From Prevotella sp. (GTDB taxonomy: Bacteria > Bacteroidota > Bacteroidia > Bacteroidales > Bacteroidaceae), in assembly GCA_017650905.1 (NCBI GenBank), contig JAGCDZ010000102.1, forward strand, positions 9,629-73,628: a stretch of DNA of 64,000 nt, read 5' to 3'. The position numbers and the translations under genes are program-made. Positions 57,785-64,000 of this stretch are shown here, in pieces (positions within the stretch are counted from its first letter, which is position 1; every line of letters starts with the position of its first letter). The notes beneath the pieces are model-generated. The model was not told where the DNA came from. It saw nothing but the letters and a program-made list of their open reading frames with translations, and did not search any database.

Positions 57785-59047
57785 ATGTGCGAAGATGTAA
57801 GGGGAAAACGACTTGCTGTTATCGGAGGGAATATCATCATGGAGGAAGTCTGTCGTTTCGCAAAGAGAAACGATTTGACGGTTGTTTCATTTGCTGCTTC
57901 TAAGGCATCGGTCGTACATAAGTACTCGGATGAGCAGTGTTATGTTGACTGCTCGGATCCTCTTACGATGATTTCTTTACTTAAAGAAAAGAAAATTGAC
58001 GCAATTGTTGCAATCTCTGGAGAAAAGATGCAACGCAGGATTGTAGACTGGATCTTTCAGAGTGGATACCGTTTTTATGCCACAAAAGAACAATGGGCAG
58101 TCCTGATGGATAAGCAACATTTCAAGCAATACGCTGTTCAGTTTGGTATTCCTGCGATTCCCGAATACACATTAGTCACTGACCATCATGAGGTCCAGAC
58201 AAGATTCCCCTTTTCCGTCGTCATCAAACCAACTGATAACAGTGGATCTTCGGGTGTTAGCATATGTAGACAGAATTCGGACCTGACGGCGGCGTATGCA
58301 GACGCATTGCGATATGCTTCCAATGGGAAGGCTATTTGTGAAAAGTATTTACAAGGACATTATTTCCAATTTGAGATCTGGAACCAGAATGGAAAGTCTT
58401 TTTTCCCCTATACCAAAGAACGTATATATTATCCGCCAATAGGACAACACCCCCCGCAGCCTTTTTTAGATATATATCCATCGGCCGATTCTGAACTGAT
58501 CTCAGGCAGCTTATATCATAAAGTAGAACGGATGTTTCAGTCGTTAGGGATTCGAAACGGCTCATGCATGTTTCAGGGTATCATCGATCACGATACGCCC
58601 TATATTATGGATACGGCCTTTCGGATTAGCGGTGGACTTGATTACAAAGTGATCAGGGAAGAAAAAGGGATTGATTTAGTAGGTGCACATATCCAATATG
58701 CGCTGACGGGCCAGTTCGGAGATGATTTCTCTATGCTGGACCGACCGTATGAGTATATCTATGCCAATTTGTGTCTGGGATTGAAAGACGGGATTATTTC
58801 ACGTATTGATGGGCTTGATGCAGTTCGCCGGTCTTGCGGTGTATTTGCTGTACATCAGAATTATCACGTAGGTGACATAATTCATGCTGGTACGTTTTCC
58901 CAGATTGGAATGCACGTTTTTATAAAAGCAAAAACCAGGTCTTTATTGATGAGGTATGTGAAAGAAGTACTGCAAAAAGTGCGTATTGAGAATGATAAAG
59001 GAGCGTCTATGTTGCTTCCTTTTCCTGATAGTCCTACGTATTCTTAG
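57785..59047 (+). CDS. ATP-grasp domain protein
   Basis: DK..FK, VIKPTDNSGSSGV, CEKYL.G, FRISGG; start at ATG 57785. Confidence 0.8.
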   Translation: MCEDVRGKRLAVIGGNIIMEEVCRFAKRNDLTVVSFAASKASVVHKYSDEQCYVDCSDPLTMISLLKEKKIDAIVAISGEKMQRRIVDWIFQSGYRFYATKEQWAVLMDKQHFKQYAVQFGIPAIPEYTLVTDHHEVQTRFPFSVVIKPTDNSGSSGVSICRQNSDLTAAYADALRYASNGKAICEKYLQGHYFQFEIWNQNGKSFFPYTKERIYYPPIGQHPPQPFLDIYPSADSELISGSLYHKVERMFQSLGIRNGSCMFQGIIDHDTPYIMDTAFRISGGLDYKVIREEKGIDLVGAHIQYALTGQFGDDFSMLDRPYEYIYANLCLGLKDGIISRIDGLDAVRRSCGVFAVHQNYHVGDIIHAGTFSQIGMHVFIKAKTRSLLMRYVKEVLQKVRIENDKGASMLLPFPDSPTYS

Positions 59048-59064
59048 TTGATCAGAATATAATA

Positions 59065-60408
59065 ATGAATATTTCAAAAAAGTTCTTTCTTGCCATTGAT
59101 GAGGTGGCGCAAAAAGATATTCCTGCAGAGGTGATGGAAAGGGCGAAGCGCTCGTTGCTTGACTATCTGGCCGTAACCTGTGCGGGAGTTGCTTTCCAGA
59201 AGGAAAAACTAAAGGCGTATTTTGCATTTGCTGAGCCGGAGGAAGGAAGATATAAGGCCATCGGTACAGGAAATTTTCTAGTTCTGAAAGAGGCAGTCTT
59301 CTTAAATGGCTTGAATGGCCATGCCCTTGATTTTGATGACGGAACGAATTCGGGCATTATCCATCTTGGATCACCCGTCTTTTCTTTGTTGCTTCCTTTG
59401 GGACAAAGATACAATAAGACGGTAGAGGATGTCCTCCGAGCTGCCATTATTGGCTACGAGGCATCTTATACGATGGCAGTATCCATCCAACCCAAACATA
59501 AGGCTCTCGGCTATCATGCAACAGGCACCTGTGGTGTTATAGGTGCTACTTTGGCAGGAGCCTATTTGCTTGGCTTTACAGAAGAAGAGCGCTATCAGGC
59601 ATTTGCAACGGCATGTGTCTCAGCATCGGGTATGCTGAAAGTCTTGGATGATGGCTCAGAGTTGAAACCCTACAATGTGGCTAAAACGGCACTGCTGTCA
59701 TTGACCAGTCTGCAACTGGCAAAGTCTGGTTTTAAGGGACATGATGATCCGTTAGGCGGGTATCGTGGCTTCTTGAAGATGATGACTGGTGATGAGAATA
59801 CACAGATGAAGCCTACGCTGCTCAATGGTACGTACGCAATTATGAAAAGTTACACCAAGCCGTATGCTTCATGCCGTTATACACATCCTCCTGTTGAAGC
59901 GGCCATTCTTCTTCGCAAACAATACGGCTTTTCTCCTGACGTGATTGAAAAAGTGAGTGTTGAGACTTATGATCTTGCAGTTTCTGGTCACGACCATACG
60001 GATATACAAGGTGCCTATTCTGCAAAGATGAGTACGCCATACAGTACTGCGGTAGCACTCATATATGGTAAGGCCGGATTGAACGAGTTCGAAGAGATGG
60101 TGTTAAGTAATCCTCAAGTCGTTGCTTTGATGAAGCGTATCAAGGTGGTTGCCAATGATGAATTCAGTAAGCATTTCCCTGATCAGCAAAGTGCAGTCCT
60201 GACAATCGTGGCTAATGGAAACACCTGTTCAGAGCGGGTTGATTTCCCTAAAGGCGAACCAGAGAATCCTATGAGTGAAGAGGAATTCAAGGAACGCTAT
60301 GATGATTTGATGGAATATGGAGGTATTGCTAAGTCTGTGTACAATATGATTTATGAGAATGTGCAAGACATTGGGATAAAGGTTGAAGATATAGTTAAGC
60401 ACCTTTAA
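59065..60408 (+). CDS. MmgE/PrpD family protein (copy B)
   Basis: NG..GHALDFDD, GYE, GYH, SELKPYN, KPYASCRYTH, PKGEPENP. Confidence 0.9.
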   Translation: MNISKKFFLAIDEVAQKDIPAEVMERAKRSLLDYLAVTCAGVAFQKEKLKAYFAFAEPEEGRYKAIGTGNFLVLKEAVFLNGLNGHALDFDDGTNSGIIHLGSPVFSLLLPLGQRYNKTVEDVLRAAIIGYEASYTMAVSIQPKHKALGYHATGTCGVIGATLAGAYLLGFTEEERYQAFATACVSASGMLKVLDDGSELKPYNVAKTALLSLTSLQLAKSGFKGHDDPLGGYRGFLKMMTGDENTQMKPTLLNGTYAIMKSYTKPYASCRYTHPPVEAAILLRKQYGFSPDVIEKVSVETYDLAVSGHDHTDIQGAYSAKMSTPYSTAVALIYGKAGLNEFEEMVLSNPQVVALMKRIKVVANDEFSKHFPDQQSAVLTIVANGNTCSERVDFPKGEPENPMSEEEFKERYDDLMEYGGIAKSVYNMIYENVQDIGIKVEDIVKHL

Positions 60409-60421
60409 CAAGTGGGTTCTG

Positions 60422-61540
60422 ATGAAAGTCTTATTATTGGGTGGTGCCCTTCAGGGATTGGCCTTTGGAGAAGCACTTTATAAGTATAGGGATTGTCAGG
60501 TTTCGGTTGTCTCCAATGGCTTTGATGTCAGACATAGTCGTTTCTTCGATAAAGTCTATCGATTGAACAGACTGGGTTATGAGGATACTTTGAAAAGTAT
60601 TCTTTCTGACACCCATTATGATGTGATTGTACCCATCAGTGATAAGTCGGCCTCATTCTTAAGCCAGAAAAAGCATCTTATAGAGAAAAACTATAACGTA
60701 TGTTGTGCCGTACCGGATTATAATAGTCTTTCCGTTGTCGAAAATAAGTCTTCTTTTATGACATTTTGCACGGAACATGATATCCCTCATCCGATGACTG
60801 TGAAGCTGTCTGAAGAAAGACTTGAAATGGCATCCCAGGTGACGGGTTTTCCTGCGCTTATCAAACCTGATTTCTCCGTCGGTGCAAGAGGGATTACCCG
60901 GGTTAGGTCTTTGAATGATCTGATTCAGCATTATCCGGTGATCAGAGAAAAATATGGTCCATGCAGTCTTCAGGAGTATATCGATAATCCTGACTTCTAT
61001 TACAATGTCATGATGTATCGTGACAAAAATGGCGATACGAGTCATCATGCCACCATCAAGATTATGAGGATGTATCCTGTCAAGGGTGGGAGTAGTTCTT
61101 GTTGTATAAGTGTTGAAAACCCTGATTTGGTAAATATCTGTAAGAGCGTCCTTGACAAACTGAATTGGGTGGGCATGGCCGATTTCGATGTGTTGCAGCG
61201 TCTTGATACCAAGGAATATAAGATCATAGAAATCAATCCCCGTGTACCTGCCAGTCTCAGGGCTGCGTATGTCTCTGGTGTGAATTTTCCGCAGATTATT
61301 GTCAACGATGCTGTTGGTAAACCTTTGCCGGAAACGGATTATCAACCAGGTAAGATTCTTCGGTATATGGGCATTGATGTGCTGTGGTTCATGAAAAGCC
61401 CGAATCGTTTCAAAGCCTCGCCATCATGGTTCCGTTTCTGGGGAAAAAACATCTTTTATCAGGATATTATTTGGAATGATCCGTCTACTTGGTATACATG
61501 GTTTATTAAGGGTATTCAGAAATTGAGACATAGGTTATAG
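60422..61540 (+). CDS. ATP-grasp carboxylate-amine ligase (B), paralog of 55494-56654
   Basis: FPALIKP, LQEYI, IEINPR; shared tail D..WF..SPNRFK..PSWF. Confidence 0.85.
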   Translation: MKVLLLGGALQGLAFGEALYKYRDCQVSVVSNGFDVRHSRFFDKVYRLNRLGYEDTLKSILSDTHYDVIVPISDKSASFLSQKKHLIEKNYNVCCAVPDYNSLSVVENKSSFMTFCTEHDIPHPMTVKLSEERLEMASQVTGFPALIKPDFSVGARGITRVRSLNDLIQHYPVIREKYGPCSLQEYIDNPDFYYNVMMYRDKNGDTSHHATIKIMRMYPVKGGSSSCCISVENPDLVNICKSVLDKLNWVGMADFDVLQRLDTKEYKIIEINPRVPASLRAAYVSGVNFPQIIVNDAVGKPLPETDYQPGKILRYMGIDVLWFMKSPNRFKASPSWFRFWGKNIFYQDIIWNDPSTWYTWFIKGIQKLRHRL

Positions 61541-61549
61541 ACCCCATTG

Positions 61550-62443
61550 ATGATGAATATACTGACATTTGATATTGAAGAGTGGTACACCGAGAAGGTG
61601 TATCATGGTGCAAGGGCATCCCGCTATCGGGAATTCGACGATACACTGGCCAAGGTGCTTGATGAATTGGACAGGGTAGGCTGTAAGGGAACATTCTTTT
61701 GCGTGGGCAAACTGGCATTGGAGTTTCCTGACGTTGTGCGTCGCATTGCCTCAAGAGGACACGAGATTGGCTGTCACTCCCATGAGCATGTCTGGATTAA
61801 CAAGATGACGGAAGATAGGCTCTTCGAAGACACAACAGAGGCACTGAAGGCGTTGGAGGATGTCGCAGGGCAGAAGGTGACGAGCTATCGGGCTCCAGCT
61901 TTTTCCATCACCGATAAGACTCCATGGGCTGTAAAGGTGTTGGCGGAATGCGGTATTAAAAGTGATGCCTCCATTTTCCCCGGTCCCCGGGATTTCGGCG
62001 GATTTCCGTCTTTTCCACAAGACACACCATGCAAGATTGAATACCAGGGAACTGTGATGAAAGAGTATCCCATAGGTATGATGTCCTTAGCTGGCCGCAG
62101 GATTGCTTATTCTGGAGGCGGCTACTTTAGGCTGATTCCATATTGGATGACTTCTCGGACGATAAAACGGCGTGATTATGACATCTGCTATTTTCATCTG
62201 AACGACTTGATAGCGGAAAAACGTAAATTGAGGAGTCGTGCGGATTACGAGGCGTACTTTATGCAGCCTGGTACGTTGAAAAACCGTCTGATAAGATATT
62301 TCAAGAGCAATGCCAGAACGGGTGATACGCTCGAAAAACTGATACGTCTGCTCACGGAGCATCAATTCGTCAATATCCATGAGGCTGACAAACAGATTGA
62401 CTGGGCGCAGGTAAAGACCATATCACTGAGTTCTATTCTATAA
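61550..62443 (+). CDS. Polysaccharide deacetylase (CE4-like with DUF3473-type tail)
   Basis: TFDIEEW, TFF, GHEIGCHSHEH, YRAPAFSI, GGGYFRL, YFH. Confidence 0.88.
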   Translation: MMNILTFDIEEWYTEKVYHGARASRYREFDDTLAKVLDELDRVGCKGTFFCVGKLALEFPDVVRRIASRGHEIGCHSHEHVWINKMTEDRLFEDTTEALKALEDVAGQKVTSYRAPAFSITDKTPWAVKVLAECGIKSDASIFPGPRDFGGFPSFPQDTPCKIEYQGTVMKEYPIGMMSLAGRRIAYSGGGYFRLIPYWMTSRTIKRRDYDICYFHLNDLIAEKRKLRSRADYEAYFMQPGTLKNRLIRYFKSNARTGDTLEKLIRLLTEHQFVNIHEADKQIDWAQVKTISLSSIL

Positions 62444-62456
62444 AAATATTAACAAA

Positions 62457-63074
62457 ATGAATCTCTATAAGAACTGTTTTAAACGTATTCTTGATTTCTG
62501 TATAGCACTGGTTGGACTCATTTGTATCAGTCCGATACTATTGGTGGTGTCTGTCTGGTTGTACTATGCTAACAAGGGCGCTGGTGTGTTTTTCTTTCAT
62601 GAACGCCCTGGTAAGGATGGCAAGATTTTCAAGGTCATCAAGTTTAAGTCAATGACGGATGAACGGGATGCAAATGGGGAACTGTTACCTGGAGAACAGA
62701 GAATTACCGGTATTGGTAAAGTCATTAGGGCTACGTCGTTGGATGAACTGCCTCAGTTGCTGAATGTCCTAAAGGGTGATATGTCTTTGATAGGACCTCG
62801 TCCGTTGGTTCCTCGATATTTGGAATTGTATAGTAAGGAACAGATGCGCCGCCATGAGGTAAGACCTGGCATCACTGGCTGGGCTCAAGTCAATGGCCGT
62901 AATAGTATTTCGTGGACAAAGAAATTTGAGTTAGATGTCTGGTATGTGGATCATGTGTCATTATGGCTCGATATAAAGATCATTTATATGACAGTGAAGA
63001 ATGTACTACAAAGGAAAGACATCAATTCTGGCGATGGCAAGGTCGGTGCTGTAGGATTTGATGGAACGAATTAA
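62457..63074 (+). CDS. Initiating phosphoglycosyltransferase (PglC-like sugar transferase)
   Basis: KRILD, KFKSM, SLDELPQL.NVLKGDMSLIGPRP, PGITGWAQV. Confidence 0.93.
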   Translation: MNLYKNCFKRILDFCIALVGLICISPILLVVSVWLYYANKGAGVFFFHERPGKDGKIFKVIKFKSMTDERDANGELLPGEQRITGIGKVIRATSLDELPQLLNVLKGDMSLIGPRPLVPRYLELYSKEQMRRHEVRPGITGWAQVNGRNSISWTKKFELDVWYVDHVSLWLDIKIIYMTVKNVLQRKDINSGDGKVGAVGFDGTN

Positions 63075-63119
63075 TTAGTGTAAACAATGATTACAGATTT
63101 GATAAAGTTTTAATAAATT

Positions 63120-64000
63120 ATGGTAAATCAAGAGGAATTATTTTCAGCATTACATAAGATGGGCATAAATTTCTTTACTGGAGTGCCCGATTCTTTGTTA
63201 AACGACTTCTGTCTGTACATGACTAAGAACATTCCTGACGGGCAGCATGTGATGGCTGCCAACGAAGGGAATGCTATCGGTATCGCAACAGGCCATTATC
63301 TGGCAACAGGAAATATCCCTGTGGTGTATATGCAGAATTCGGGTATTGGCAATGCAACCAACCCTTTATTGTCTTTGACACATCCCTGCGTCTATTCCAT
63401 CCCGCTGATTCTGGTGATTGGTTGGCGTGGAGACCCGGCAGTGAAGGATCATGCCCAGCATAAGAAGCAAGGTGAACTGACGCCTGTTCTGATGGAGGAT
63501 ATGGATATTCCATATGAAATTCTGGATGATGACAATACGGTGATCGAGAAGTTCCAATGGGCATTTGATACAGCCAAGACCATTTCTTCTCCTGTTGCAC
63601 TGATAGCGAAGAAAGGTATCTTGACACAAAAGGAAAAGCATCAGGAATACCCTGAAAGTAACTTGATGAATCGTGAAGAAGCCATCTCTGCCGTCATCGA
63701 TGTATTGGGCGAGGATGCTGTTTATTTGGCTACGACAGGTCGGGCGACAAGAGAATTGCATGAGCAATTGGCAATCCATGGTATAGATCGTGACATCGAG
63801 TTCCTGAATGTCGGTGCCATGGGGCATCTGTCATCTATAGGTCTTGGCATAGCGCTGGGTACACCTGAAAAGAAGATTGTTGTGTTCGATGGTGATGCAG
63901 CTGCCGTCATGCACATGGGCAGCATGGCTACCAATGGCCGCTATCGGCCAAATAACCTGATTCATATTGTGTTGAACAATGGTGTGAATGAGTCGGTTGG
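63120..64000 (+). CDS. aepY: Phosphonopyruvate decarboxylase (ThDP-dependent), 3' partial; absent from the ORF track
   Basis: Manual translation MVNQEELF...FFTGVPDSLL...AANEGNAIGIATG...YMQNSGIGNATNPL...IGWRG...QH.KQG...VGAMGH...FDGDAA..MHMG...NN. Confidence 0.88.
   Translation, partial: MVNQEELFSALHKMGINFFTGVPDSLLNDFCLYMTKNIPDGQHVMAANEGNAIGIATGHYLATGNIPVVYMQNSGIGNATNPLLSLTHPCVYSIPLILVIGWRGDPAVKDHAQHKKQGELTPVLMEDMDIPYEILDDDNTVIEKFQWAFDTAKTISSPVALIAKKGILTQKEKHQEYPESNLMNREEAISAVIDVLGEDAVYLATTGRATRELHEQLAIHGIDRDIEFLNVGAMGHLSSIGLGIALGTPEKKIVVFDGDAAAVMHMGSMATNGRYRPNNLIHIVLNNGVNESV

Overview
Bacteroidota chromosomal window, most likely Prevotellaceae (inferred from recurring TAnnTTTG -7 / TTTG -33 promoter boxes, T9SS-like C-termini, UpxY and the trpBEGDCFA order). 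1-14.5 kb is a pectin/plant-polysaccharide enzyme cluster with several domain fusions. 14.6-21.3 kb is the trp operon with an unannotated Trp-Trp-Trp leader-peptide attenuator, followed by a divergent candidate sRNA. 21.5-34.6 kb is housekeeping genes, interrupted by two inverted copies of a ~580-bp hairpin-dense repeat that shows compensatory base changes. 34.7-64 kb is a surface polysaccharide locus preceded by a sugar kinase-nucleotidyltransferase fusion and an apparent UpxY-UpxZ fusion. That locus embeds an unusual organic-acid/phosphonate tailoring module (U32-like TIM barrel, C-C lyase, AKR, two MmgE/PrpD, Fe-S hydro-lyase, four ATP-grasp enzymes, a deacetylase and phosphonopyruvate decarboxylase) and runs off the window end. 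All family calls come from motif recognition by eye; no searches were run.
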